Assembly (NCBI GenBank): GCA_030141605.1
Contig: JAQGDQ010000321.1
Coordinates: 1 to 64,000, forward strand
Origin: Tubiluchus corallicola
Lineage: Eukaryota > Animalia > Priapulida
DNA length: 64,000 nucleotides
Direction of reading: 5' to 3'
This document shows, one piece after another, positions 25,034 to 38,147 of this stretch; within the stretch, counting starts at the first letter, position 1, and each line of letters starts with the position of its first letter. The notes beneath the pieces are model-generated. The model had not been told where the DNA came from. It ran no database searches and was given only the letters and a program-made list of their open reading frames with translations. The position numbers and the translations under genes are program-made.

Positions 25034-28000
25034 AATGATGACGATGATGATGCCACACATTGTTCACAAGAAGATGAACTAAATAACAGAAACGACGACA
25101 GTGATGTGTCACAGTGCTCTATACAGACTGATATGAATGAAGACACCGTCAATGCCGTAGTTCATAAAAATGGAAACCTCGAAGAGAGTGACACAGTAAG
25201 CCTGTCGCATGATAATGAATCCACACAAGAAGATGAACTGGAAAGCAGTGATATTCATAATGATGCTCAAAAAATTAGAAGCCAAGAAAACAGCAGTGTT
25301 GCTAGCTCTTCTGCATATGAACACGTACCATCGTATGACTCGCAAATGGCCGATAACGAATCAGAGATTTTTGCAAAGGTGATTTTTTTCAAACTGTTAA
25401 TGAATTTCTTTCTATTTCGTGCTATTAATGTTTGAACATTTTTGTTTATTTTCCTTTTTATTATTGTCATCTAAAATAGACCCATGCAAGACGGTAGTGA
25501 GCAAATACAAGTAACTAGCTGTTTTAATCTGTGATTGATCTGTCACTTATCACTTTGCTTAAAGCATTAGTTGAAAGTTGGAAAACGTTATGAATTTGTG
25601 ACAAATGTTAAAACACTAAAAGGCTCTTACACATTTTTAGATGAGTGAACGGACTTGCTTCTTATTGCTGAAACTGGAGAAGCAGTTATCAATATTGTGT
25701 AACAAAGTGGATGACAATAAATTGTCTGACTTTAAAATTGGTAAACAATTTAAATCTTTCATAACCATGTTCGGCTTACCTACGCATTGCACCACCGATT
25801 CACCAAAAAACATATAACTGATAATATAAAATAGTCTCAGTTTTTGCTTATTAGCGATGGTGTGCTACGAATGCGTTGATTATTTTTTAAACTTTACACA
25901 ATGTTGTCTAAACTTATTTTAAACGAATTTACCGTTAGATTAAATTCTTTATTTCGACAGTTAGGTCATAAATTACGTAAAATATACACACAATTGCAAA
26001 TACATTTACCATAATAGTTACAAAGACAAAGATAGCTAAAAGTACCGTTTTTGAAAATAATAAATATACTGCAACAGTTATAAAAACAATTCATTCATTA
26101 GACAAGTACGTCATTTTAACCCTTCAGTCTGTTCTCAGTTACTATTTAGCCGATAGCTAAACGGATGTCATGTATGTAGTACAATGGCTGTGCTTAATGT
26201 TAAAAAGCTGCGACTAACGGTCATCGGGGGAGTTTAAATTTACAGGTTTTACCAGCATTACTGCTAACGCGAGTCTTGTATGCAATAAAACATAGATCGT
26301 GTATGTTATCTAAAATTTCGAGACGATTTTTAAGCTCTATTTACGAAGGGTGTTTTTTGTCCTTTAAACAGCTTCCTATACTGTGACAGTTTAAATACAT
26401 AATTTTTTTTCATTCAGGTCTCGTATATGTAAATTTTTGTAGCAGAAAATTGTTTTGCTGATAAGTGAGAATCTCGCTTCAAGAAGAAAATTACAGCCTA
26501 CCACTAGTAAATTAGTTGTATTATTCTGCTTATTATTTTTTACTGCACCCTTACCTTGAGTTGACGCTGGTTTTATAATCTTATACACATAAGATTTGAG
26601 AATCTTATATTATTAAGACAAGCTGTACCCCACTGCCCAAATGTTACGAAAGAAATGTAGGCGACCAGCTTGATTTGTGTAGCTTACACACATCCAAAAC
26701 TTATTTTTTTCTTTTAGCTACTTACAGGAAAACATTAGACTGCATGCAGTCGGTGTTTCAACAGCTGTTTGGAGCACTGATAAAAGAAAGAATGCAGTTG
26801 AAACGATCAGTGAAACTGTTGCCAAAGCGAGAAAAGCTAAAAGAACTGAATAGAAAACAAATGCGATTAACAACAATGATGAGAAAGCATCGCTGTGCAT
26901 TGACAAAAGTTAACAAAATGCTGAAGATGAGTGGAACTGAGTCAACTGATTATCGCTCCTTAAACTTGAACAGAATATCTTTGGCTAACCAAAAAGGACT
27001 AAAAAATTTTGAGCATTTCTTGGGCAACAGCTGGCAAGTAGATAGGAAAAATTTAGCAAAAACTAAACTCAAAACAAATGCTAAAAGTGGTCTTAAAACT
27101 GAGCTGGGATGTCTAGATGTTGGAAATAATGTCAATTGGGATACGTGGTACAACAAATCTAGTGGTAGAAAAAGATGCTTTTCACCAAAGCAGACCAAAC
27201 AGAAAGAACAGTACTCAGCAAATGAAGCTTGTACTGATATTCTTTGTAATGATACTCTAAATACTCAGCAAAATGGAAGAAACAGTGCACAGAAAAGATC
27301 TTATGCTGCTGTCAGACAGCAAGAGATTAATACTCAGATTTTTTTTCAAAGAAACAGTTTTGCAAACAAAGCAAACTCTTGGAATTTGCCTCCTTGTGCT
27401 ATAACTGAAAAGGCCATTTTTAGCAGCTTATCGCCTAGTCACGTGGTGCAGAATCATAGCATTATCACGGGTAATGGTTCACAGCAAACATCTCAAAAGG
27501 GAGCTGTCATTTCTACAAACAATTTGGCATTTGGAGAAACCAAAACTACTCCCAACATCACAGAAAGACAACCACCAGTGTACTCTAATACATCTAAAGA
27601 TGTCATGGCTTTTCGTAATATGCCACGTTTGGTGGAATCACTATCTTCGCTTGAATGGGTCATTGCAAATAAATCATTACTACGTAATAACATGGGGACG
27701 ACCAACGAAGAGTTACTGGAATCAGTAATGAATAGTTCTCAGATTGAGAATTTGGAGTGGACTCACCCGATAGACTCTTGTTTACAAGATGACGTCCTTA
27801 AAGAGTGTCCTTTGCCATCAATTGAGACAACGGCCAACACGATTAAAGTAACAGCTGATGCTATTAATGAAGGTACAGAAAAAGCATATGAAGCAAGCTC
27901 AGCTTTAGAAGACAGCTCCAGTAACAAAGGTCCTCCACATCAAACGCAGTTGAAGGGAATTACTAGTTGTGAATCAGATATAAGCAACCACCATACATTA

Positions 28001-29691
28001 AATATGAATAATGAGTTAATAGAAATTATAAAACTAGCTCAAACTTTCATGGCATGCAAAACATCAGCTGAGATTTATGACATTATCTTTGAAAAATTGA
28101 ATGAAAAAACTGGTGATAATAGTGATGTGATATGTTTAGTTGAGGGACAAACAAATGTCACAAAACCCAAGGACAATATATTAAAAGTGAAAAATCAGCA
28201 AATGCCAACTGAACACACTAGCATGAGTTTTGCAACTTCATTTTTCCCTGCATCTGCAGAATCAAACTATTTGTCAGCAACTGCATTGTCCGCACTTGCA
28301 AAAGAGCCTTCGATGAATAATTTAGTAAATACAACAGCATCATCAACAGGACTACCACTGTCACAAAATATACCAAGATCTTCATCACCTGCAGTTAAAA
28401 CAACTGGATTATCTATATTACCACGCACAATGGAAGTTACACCAAGTAAGGTAACAACGTCATTGATGACGCCAGTGTCATTTTGTCCCACAGTTACGCC
28501 ATCAGTGTCAGCATTAATAGTCGCACAGCCAGCTAATACTGTAATTTCTTCGTCGTTCACAACACCAATGCTATCTGCTGTAGCATCGTTAGATAGACCT
28601 GCAGTTATGGCAGAAATACCCAGCCAGACACATCATAGTGAGTTTACCTCATCATCTCAAGCTAACAGGACTAAACATAGTCAGCTTCTCAAGGAATACC
28701 CTCCATTAGATTTGCTGCTAAAACAAGGAGTGTTGGAACCAGGCAAAAATCTTTTGACAATTACCACTGAGGTAGCACATGTTACTACAAAGAGCATTTA
28801 TTATTTTTTGTAATAGAGACGCTGCTTAGACGTGATGAATTTTTAAATTTCTATATAATATCAGGTTTTACTATACGAAGCCACTTTGAATCACATGAAG
28901 ATTTAGTCAACACTGATCAAAATGAATAATATTGCGACTTTCAGGCAAAGGTCTTCTATGGGTCATTGCTGTCAGACGGTCTCATTCAAGGATCTGGCGG
29001 TGAGATATTTATCAGTCCAATGCAGTGGTGTAACAGTGTGTTTTATAAGAAAGGCAAAAAGTTGAAGTCTTCTCGCAAAACTGCTTACCAGAAGGTAACC
29101 TACCTTTTAGCAAATATTCTAGAAATACTGTAGAACTTTTTCTCATGTCTCGTGGACAGGGCAATAGCTTAATGGCCACTGTGTATTAATGACTGCAAAG
29201 TAAATTGAAGATTTGGTTAGCTGGCTGTGACTGCCCGGTAAGCACCAGGCGATCTTACTTGCTATATAGATGTCTCTCCTGTTATGCTCGATGGACATAC
29301 ATACATATATTCATCTGAAAGTGGTTAACATATCTGTGCTGTGGTTAAATCTCACCTCAGAGGTTACTTTTGATACTGATTTAGGTTCTTATCCCACCAC
29401 TATCATCAGCATTAGAGTAATGACTGATGTATGTGTCAACCTTCGTCATCATTTATTTTTCTGTTTCAGGTTTGCTACCGTGGAAGGCCACTTATACATT
29501 ACAAACTTCTGGTTGAAAGTGAAGGTCAAAGTTTTCCAATAGATGAGTCAATCCAAACACAACCCTCTACCACAGTGGCTTCAAGCTGTATTGAAAACTC
29601 TAATAACAACAATGCTAAAGACAAAACTTCATCAAGGGAAGAATTAAAAGGCGGAACCTTCCTTCCTTTGTCCAGACTCTTCTATCAATGA
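24278..29691 (+). CDS. RAMA-domain protein, ANKRD31-like (acidic low-complexity N-terminus, predicted coiled coil, C-terminal RAMA domain); start uncertain
   Basis: GT-AG exons 24278(first in-frame ATG)-25378, 25641-25740, 26718-28771, 28945-29094 and 29470-29691 join in frame. The spliced segment LDLLLKQGVLEPGKNLLTITTEAKVFYGSLLSDGLI..GEIFISPMQW...AYQKVCYRGRPLIHYK has the pattern of the RAMA domain of MPND/ANKRD31. Orthology is an inference. Confidence 0.72.
24983..25033 (+). repeat. (GCT)17 coding repeat (poly-alanine) in the RAMA-domain gene
   Basis: Pure GCT run, in frame in ORF 24233-25435. Confidence 0.9.
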
Positions 29692-31007
29692 TCTCTACAG
29701 ATACTAAGAACAATACAGATAAGACATTGGACATTACCAAGTTTTGTAAAGACAGGGAATTATAAGCACCGCGAGTTTATTTAGGGAGAAGAATTCTTGG
29801 GTCACCTAGTTTTATCCTCTTAAAATTCTTTTCAATTTCAGGTGATAACTTCGAATAGTGTAAATAAGCAAAAAGCGATTAGCTTTGTTACTACTATGCC
29901 TAGAAGACTAATGTAATTAAAACTAAACTGTAGCAATTAACATAATGTAGTTGCCAGAAAACTACAAGAAATTCTGCTTTTAGTAACATTATAAGTTATT
30001 TAAAATACCAAATCATTTAACAGTACAGCTAGTCACATTGCTGGAGGAGTGTAAAAAAGCACTTCCCCAAACTTTGTAATTGCTGTCTCTCTGTTTTCAC
30101 ATTTTAAGTGTTAAATTATTGGGATACAACTATTTTGACAGTCTTTGGGCATTTGGACTTATGAAATACGGAAAAAGCTAGTTTACCGCTTGTAGTTCCA
30201 GAATGCTGAAATCAGTTGTAAGCTACACCTCGTTTTTAGCTTAATCAATAATACATTGAATGAATGTGCAATTTGTTCTGTTCGTTAGCTTCTCAGGATA
30301 CGGATCTCTATTACTTTATTCTAATCAATATTCAGTTTGCTAAACAATATTTCAAGATTTGCATTATTCTGTAATTTGGATTATTGGTACGGGAAAATAA
30401 TTTGCAGTTTTCCTGTTTGAAAAAATTAACATATGATTAAATAAAAAGACAATAATTATTTTTAGCAGCTCATTATTTTGAAATCAATTTGCTTTCAATT
30501 TGTACAGTCAATGAGTAAATACATTAGGCTATTAAATTCACGCAACTACTATGAGACTCCAATCAGCGACCACCGTTTTCTATCAAAGCAGTCCCTTTTG
30601 GACACTGCATTTAATTAAGCATCTTGCTTTAACAGTTTGCTCAGACCATATCCGTAACACTGTTCATATGACCTTGATTGTTAAAATGTTAAAAAGACTG
30701 CTTGAATAAACTTTCAGTGTGCCAAAATAAGGGGTACTTTAGTATTGGAGTCAGGGGCAAGTCATAAAACCGTCTCTGACATTTGACGCCTAAATGCGGC
30801 CTATAAAAGTTGGGTGAACAGCAATAATATTAAGATTAACTTTCAAACGTAAACGACGTTAAAAATCTTGCAGTGGGTTTTTCACTGTAATTCGCTTACT
30901 ACACCAAATACCTCTCTAGTCGAAAACAAAAGCCAGAGAGTGTGCGCTTGTAACTATTGTTTTAAAGCATCCTGGGTAATCTAGTAGTAGTTGGAGATTG
31001 CGGGACT

Positions 31008-34000
31008 TTACTTTATCCAAGGATATTGTTTTGGACACTCGGCACAAGTTCTCATGTATCGTTCTTGTTCTTTAAATCTATACACGCAATTGTGTTCTTT
31101 GTAACACATGCCAAGCTCTGCTTTAGGCCTGCAATCAAATGGTCCTGGTTCCAGTAGCAGACGATCATTTGACATCGGATATCTGATCCAATCGATCGCC
31201 TGTCTCACTGTCACAATCCACACATCCTCGTACTGAAGGATCCCGTCAAGAAACTCAAGGAAACCTTCTAATTGATGCTCTATTTCAAACCATCTGACGT
31301 GAAAAAACAAAGGAAATGGTGCTTTGTTACTTTCATAGTGCCGCATAAAGTTTTTCCTCAAGTCTTCCATTGTTTCTTGCTTAGTTTCGGGCCATGGACA
31401 ACCGTCAACCATTGAGCATGTGTAACTCATCGTGGTCTTGGGTCGTGTAGACTCATAGTAAATAAGTGGTATTTCCCATAATCCAGGGTAGGAAAGTATG
31501 GGACAGCGATCATCTATAACAAGAAATTTTTGTTATGATTTCTTTTTACTCTGTATAGCATTTAATCGATCAAGTATGATATATTTGTATATTGCAAGGT
31601 AGAAAATAAATAACTAGAGTTGAATGCTTTGCCATCTCCAGACAACGAACTCAGTTACTGATAGCTGATAAACACAATCTCACTTTGACGTAACACTTAA
31701 AATACAAAGAAGTGGCTGTTAACATGTCTGAATGACTGAATACAATAAGTCCACCATGCAAAATAGATGAAAAAAGTCATCTGAAATGTTAATGTTAAAG
31801 TTGCCATTTCCATATTAATATGTTTTTCAGGTCAATGTTCACTAGTGATGCCATCATTCATATTCGCAGCTGTTTTTGTTACTGTTCTTGTTATACACAC
31901 AGTCACTTTTGTTAGCTTTACTTGATGCTCTTGCCATTGGTGCAATTGCCTAACTATCACTATTAATTGTCACAGTTTTACTATTTTACATTCATTGTCG
32001 TTGCTGTGTTGAAGTGTGTTCTAGAAAAGCTAAAATAACAAATTTTAAACCAGAATGGTCCTCACCTGAATTACAAGTGTCATTGATACTGTAATCAAGA
32101 GTGTATGGCCATATTGGAGGATTATTTTGTCTGGAAGAAATAGAGGAATCATAGAGGAATCCCTCCTCCCACATCATTCCAAACTGAGTTTCTCCGTTAA
32201 AGCTCAGAAAAGGTGCTCTCAAACCTACAACGTCTTGCACTGATAATTTCGCAAAGTCGTGCAGCAGTTGTCGTTGACCCACCATTTCTTTTTTCCATGT
32301 TTTCTTTGTCGTCTGCTTCCACCAATGAGGTGGCGATCTGTGACTGAAATTAAAAGAATAAGCAAGTTGTTAATTATTACAATTAATTAAGTCTGCGATT
32401 CCAAAAAGTCTAAATTGCGCAAATCACATGACTTATATTGGACATTTAGCTGACGGTATAATCTTTTGATTAGGGTAATGTACATCAAAAGAAAGAAAAA
32501 AGAAAAAACATTAATGAACGGTAAATGATTCACCTAATGGAATGTGAAGCAACCTCGTGTCCAGTGGCGGATAAATTTTGAACGAGACTGTAGCTGGTAT
32601 ACTCATGCGACACAAAAAATGACAGTTTTATTGGACACCCGCTGGGATTGGTTCTGTCGCCTAAAATTTCCTAAAAGTAAAATTTTGTGACGTGAGACAC
32701 CCACGTATATGTATTCTAAGTGTGTGAGTTTTCTAATAACTTTCCAGCTTTACCCACTCATCGTCTATTAAAAACATTAACATATTGCTTATTGTTATCT
32801 TATTTACCATATTGCAGGATATATCAGAATAAGCATACATACTCGTTTGTCCCCATATTTTCGGTTTTTGACTCCCGCTAAAATTTACTTGTACAGGCCT
32901 ACATCATATTTACTCAGCTCAAAAGACCTGGGGTGTGGGGACACCTCGGGGAGTACATTGTTACGACGGCGAAATACCATTTATTTTCACATGTAACTCC
33001 CTCATTGTGATGGTTCGATCCATTACGAAGCCATTGCATAGCAGCTATAAGTAGCTAGTATGGAATGGCCTCGTTGATTCAACTGGCTGAGGGGCTGGCA
33101 CGATTAACATCTCAGCACCTGTTCCGCAAAACTTGCATGAAACACAGCGGATTCTGGCGAGTTTGTTTTAGGAATTTTTTATGTTCATTCATTTCTCTGA
33201 CGTTTTACTGTAACATGATATGAACGACAATATCAGCACCATCAATCGCAAACCTTACAATATTAAAGCAGTTTAAATGCAATTTTAGTTTGTCCCTGTC
33301 ATAGGCTAAATTGATGATCAGACGTCATAGGTCTAACCTTCCCCTACGCTAGCAAAGGATAGCACATTCGTGTACAAAGTACTTTCACAGAAATAGTTTC
33401 AAACGGACTTTGCTCATTTCAAGACGACCTGTTCAGTACAGGTAACTGGCATACAAAAATTAAGATTAAGATTTTTTATTTTAGCAATAGAAGCCATTTT
33501 GGACATAATATACATATATACACAAACAGAACCATTTGTGTAAGACGAGTAACGCACAAATCATGAAACTTAAAATATTTCGCCTTTTTAGGTTGTAGAA
33601 ACTTATTAATTAGAAATAAATTAAACACAGTAATGTTTTCCAACACTTTGAATCTTAGGTGATGCCACCGGTAATTTGCGGTCACTTTGAGGCTGGGATT
33701 TCAAATTTTTACCATTACCTTGTACACATTCTCATGGGCTTGAGGAGTGACGGCATCATCAAAGCTGATCATAATCAGCTGAGGTGTTTGGTGTAGCTTC
33801 AGGCCGCCAGGTATGTCTGTACCTATGCACCGACAGTTGGGAAGGTGACACAGCTCAACATCACATACCGTAGCATGTTCTGAAAACCGTTAGTTACGCA
33901 GTTATTTATAATCTTAATATCAAGATTATTATTATGAACGATGACACAAATCCACCAATAAATTGAATTTTAGAAACAAACTTGAAAAATAGGAAATGCA

Positions 34001-37000
34001 AAAAATAACAGATTGTAGAAGGCATCCCAGCTATTAGGGTGAACTTTGGACTGTCAAGATCGCTGGGAAATACCCGTGGGAGGAGGGTGTCTAGTTGTCA
34101 TTGCTGCTTTGTAAGCAGAAGGCCCTTGGTTCATTCAGGCCGCGTTCTAGCTATATCGCAATTCCTGTTTCCATGTTTGTTTTCAAAATTCAATTAACTG
34201 TGGATTTATATCACCATTAATTAAACAATTCAGTAGTCAAGAAAAGTTTTAGAATGTTTCCTAAGTAAGCCAACGTTTATAGAATATGCCTCCCTAGGTG
34301 TACTAGACACACGGTATTAAAGTATACTATAATATAGCAACACTAAAACATTGCTGATTGCTTACATCTACACAAATTTATAAACTTGTGACTTTCGAAT
34401 CATCCGAGAGAAAAGCTGCAGTAAAGAGAAGCTGTTAAATTATGTTAAAAGTGTTAAATTATGCTAGACAATTATTCTGATGAAATGCTGGCAGCAGAGC
34501 TAAGGCGCGGTATCACGTGATCAAGTGATTCAGAACCGAAGCGTAGGCGTTCGATGCGCCGAAGCTCCAGCGCACGGTAACTTAGATAAGCCATGTGATG
34601 CACCCATCAAATTAGATTGAGTTAGAGGCTGGAGCAGGGCAGATCAAATCAGGGGGTTTGGCATTACTATCTATTATATTATTTATTGTGTTTGATGTTC
34701 AATAAACGTGTTGTTTCGTAACCGCATTCTTAATAGTTTTGCCATCCCTAAAACACCAATATTCAGCTATGCGCAAACAACGCAATCAAATTATTTTACT
34801 GCTGCAAGAAACTGCGAAAAATGTTCCAAAACATCGAGCAGGAATGTGTCTTAGCTTTCCCAAAACAACTTACATTGTACATAACTACTAGCTGTATATT
34901 TTTGTATTTTAATGCAACATTAACAAGTTTAATTACAAATGTAAACGAGATACGATAGTAGTACCGTTCTCACTCTCGTAAATCAACGCAGTGCATAAAT
35001 ATACACAATGTTCTTACCGAGCTTTTTAGTCAAATTTCTTCTCAACATGAATTCCGTCACCTGCGGTGCAGTATCTAATTGCCTTGACAATGATGCATCA
35101 TTGGGTGGAACGCCAGATTCCAAAGGTTGTTTTGTGGAAGTTACGAAAGTATGTGGTTTTGCTTTTGCTTCTACAGTTTTCAACGAAATTACTTGCGAAT
35201 CGTTGTCAGCCTTTTCTTTGATGTTTACGTTTTTTGAGTGCCGCTCTGACTCGAGTCTCTGGATTTTTTTTGGTACCTTGACACGTTTTAAGGAAGCTGC
35301 TGTTCCATTATATCTAGCAGTTGGAGAAATGTCAGCAGAAAGATGTTTTGGTAAAGTGATTTTTGGGACACATGTTCCAGATGAAGAACTCCGTGGCATG
35401 TATTTTGAGGTTGCATGAGGTGAAATTCTTTGCGTTGTGGTTGATTGGGTCACGTTGGTTATGAAACTTAATGTTTGTGTGAGAGGTGTTGTGAATACTT
35501 GTGGTAAAGAAGCAATCGTTTGAGGCAGTTGTGCCCCATAATCAACTTTAGCAATAGATGCATTGTGATGCTTAATCTTTGTCAACCTTTCGCCATGTTT
35601 TGTAGGATTTGCATCATCTACAGTTGATACATTTTCTCGTAAACTTAAAGAAGTATTCAAAAATGGTCGTTGTGCTTGTATTTTATCAAACGTTGACAAT
35701 GTAACACTTGATGTTGACAAAGCACTAAAAGGCAGGGACTTTGTAATTATTAAATTGTTCCTGAAGCTTTCATAGACATTTGTGCTTTGATTCCAAAAAG
35801 ATCTTGTCTTTTTAATTATGTCTTTTTGAGTTACTGATGCCCTGCTCAGTGTTGGACTTGTTTTGCTTCCAGTTGTTACCATTGAATCATCCTCATTCGT
35901 CTCGTTATTACCATTAGTTGTCTTGCCTGCATTTGTTGTGGGAAAAACATTACCTAAATTGATAATTGGAACCTCCATTTGTGGTTTTGCAGTTTCTGAT
36001 GGAGTAATATACTTAATGGTCACTTGCAGACTTGAATTCTCAATAGAGCTGGAGACATCACTAGAAAGCGCTTTTTGTGTGGTCGGTGATGACAATGATG
36101 GCAACTCTAGTGGTGACGTAAGTGTTGGCGGTAATGATAATACCGATCTTGATGATGACAATGATGTTGATGTCATTAATAATGATGATGTTGATAATGC
36201 TGAGGGGGAAAGAAATGTTGATAAAGGTGGTATTACTGACAATGGCATTGTGGTGGCATGAAAGTCAGCAAGTGGATACACCTTGCTTGGTCCAAAGTAA
36301 ACACTGGGTGTGGAAGGATAACTCATTTCAGTATAAGGCATTGAAGTAGTTGGGTGGAAAACAATATGATTTGTTTTATTATTGCTATGTGCCACAGAGA
36401 AATGTTTGTTTTTCTCTGCGACAGAATAGAAATACGGACTAGCTGTTACAAAATATCCTGGTGAAACAGTTTTCTCGTGATTTTTACTCATTTCACTTGC
36501 ACTGTCTTCCCCAACTTCATTTTTGGTGCCCACTAGTTGAGGAAAGCTCCATTTGGTTTGTTTTACACTAAAATCTTTATTGTTCACTTTTAGAAAATCT
36601 TTATACGATTTTGTAGTTTTGTATTCACCCATGCTATATTTGTATTTTCTATGATAGCCTACCCAACGTCTATCTATAGTATTTAAAGAAATAGACTTTT
36701 TTAACACAGCGCCATAAATACTTTGAAAGTTGCTCCTTTTTGTTTCTATTTCGTCTTTGAAAAAATGCATAGAATTCCATGGTCTCAGTCCTGAGACCTT
36801 TTCAGCATTGTCATTCTGCTGCCAACGAAGGTGTTTGCAGTCCAAATTTCCGACAAAGTCACACAATTTTATGTTGCTGTTCCACAGTAAGCCGTCTGGG
36901 CATTCGTAGTGTACAACCATGCTTCCCAGTGAAAAACACCAATAAAATTCCTAGAAAATGTATCGAGATTACATCATAAAATGTACCAACTCCTAAGTCA

Positions 37001-38147
37001 ATGATGGTAAACGCGTATTAAAAGTGTACAAACGTAGAACGAATGTTGAATTTTCGGATTTTGAGCTGAATTATGTAGATTTCAACAAGGACCTGTATAA
37101 CAGAGGTCCTTGGTTTCTGTTACACACTAAAATTAACCTTGCATACGGTCGCTTGTTTACGAGATCCTTAAATCGTTGCTTGGTGTCAGAGTGCGAACAT
37201 GTAACGATCCCTTTATTGTTAGAATCAGGCTATCCTACTTTTAGGGCAATGTTAACGGCGCTTCAAATGAATTTTTGGAGAAAAATATCAGCTCAGTCAG
37301 ACCATTAATGCAATATTTCCACATAACAAGAAATGTTAATTCAAACCTAGCAACGTGTCTTGCCATTTTACCAGCCGGCAGTCACACAGATTATTTAGCT
37401 AGAGAGCGCGAAAAATTGATAGATACGGTTAGAGCTAGTACCACATCAAACAGGATGACGTATAAAAAACTAAATCCCTCCCTAAAGCCACCTGTGATTC
37501 CACACAAAACTGTTGAAAAATATCGTATTGCATTCACTAGAAACCAGTCTCATAGATTGAAAATTGAGGCAGGTAGATGGAGTCGCCAAACAGTCGGTGG
37601 AAAACTGTGTGAATGTAGTGCTTTCCAAACTGAACAGCATGTTTTAACCACTTGCCAAAAAAACAAAAATCTTAGAAATGAGTTCACGAGCGTGAATTTT
37701 TCTATTAATGTTGATGTACTTGAAAACGAACACGGAAATGAAGTTATTTACGGATTGAGTAACGTTATTTTGAGTCTAGGCCAATGTCTTTCGTCAAGCA
37801 AAAATTAATCATTCATAAAGTTTCTACCAACTCGATTAGAGATTATTCGCAGACTTGTTACCTGTAGTATTTTTTATGACAGTAATATATAGGCAATTGG
37901 TGTACTTAACTATATAGTACATTGCATTTATTTTATCTTTGTTGTTCTCGATGTCTCATTTTGGTAATTTTCTTTGGACTATAGATGTTTTCTGGTTACC
38001 CAATATTATAGTGTATTTGTCTCGAATTACGTAGATTTATAATCACTAAACTAACTAACTACGTCCTTCTTACCTTGCAATGTTCACCTTTACATTCTCC
38101 AATCTTGCCTTCGTGTTTCTGATCTTGTGATGCGCCATCTTTCAAAA
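31008..38147 (-). CDS. Chitin deacetylase-like protein: peritrophin-A (CBM14) chitin-binding domain, long Ser/Thr-rich linker, CE4/NodB catalytic domain; start codon not resolved
   Basis: GT-AG exons 38147-38074, 36950-35018, 33879-33719, 32670-32534, 32343-32066 and 31513-31008 join in frame. CBM14 pattern CKEFYWC...CPDGLLWN...CD...C. Catalytic region CHLPNCRC..IPGGL..PQLIMISFDDAV, NPSGCPIK..FFVSHEY, GHEVASHSISH, GLRAPF, FLYDSS, WPYTLDY, YPGLWEIP, APFPLFFH, DVWIVT..QAIDW matches animal chitin deacetylases. Confidence 0.92.
36975..37900 (+). mobile_element. Decayed 3' fragment of a non-LTR retrotransposon (ORF2 C-terminus), antisense inside a chitin deacetylase intron
   Basis: Frameshifted ORFs 37024-37308 and 37275-37808 contain RIAFTR.QSHRLKIEAGRWSR...LCEC...QTEQHVLTTC, the SH.L.IE.GR plus CCHC-type tail of LINE ORF2 proteins. 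The fragment fills most of intron 36951-38073. Boundaries are approximate. Confidence 0.8.

Noticed and set aside
35008-36349. Plus-strand ORFs within the large deacetylase exon (also the minus-strand ORFs inside 24.3-28.6 kb)
   Set aside because: Antisense shadows of real coding exons with no recognisable motifs.
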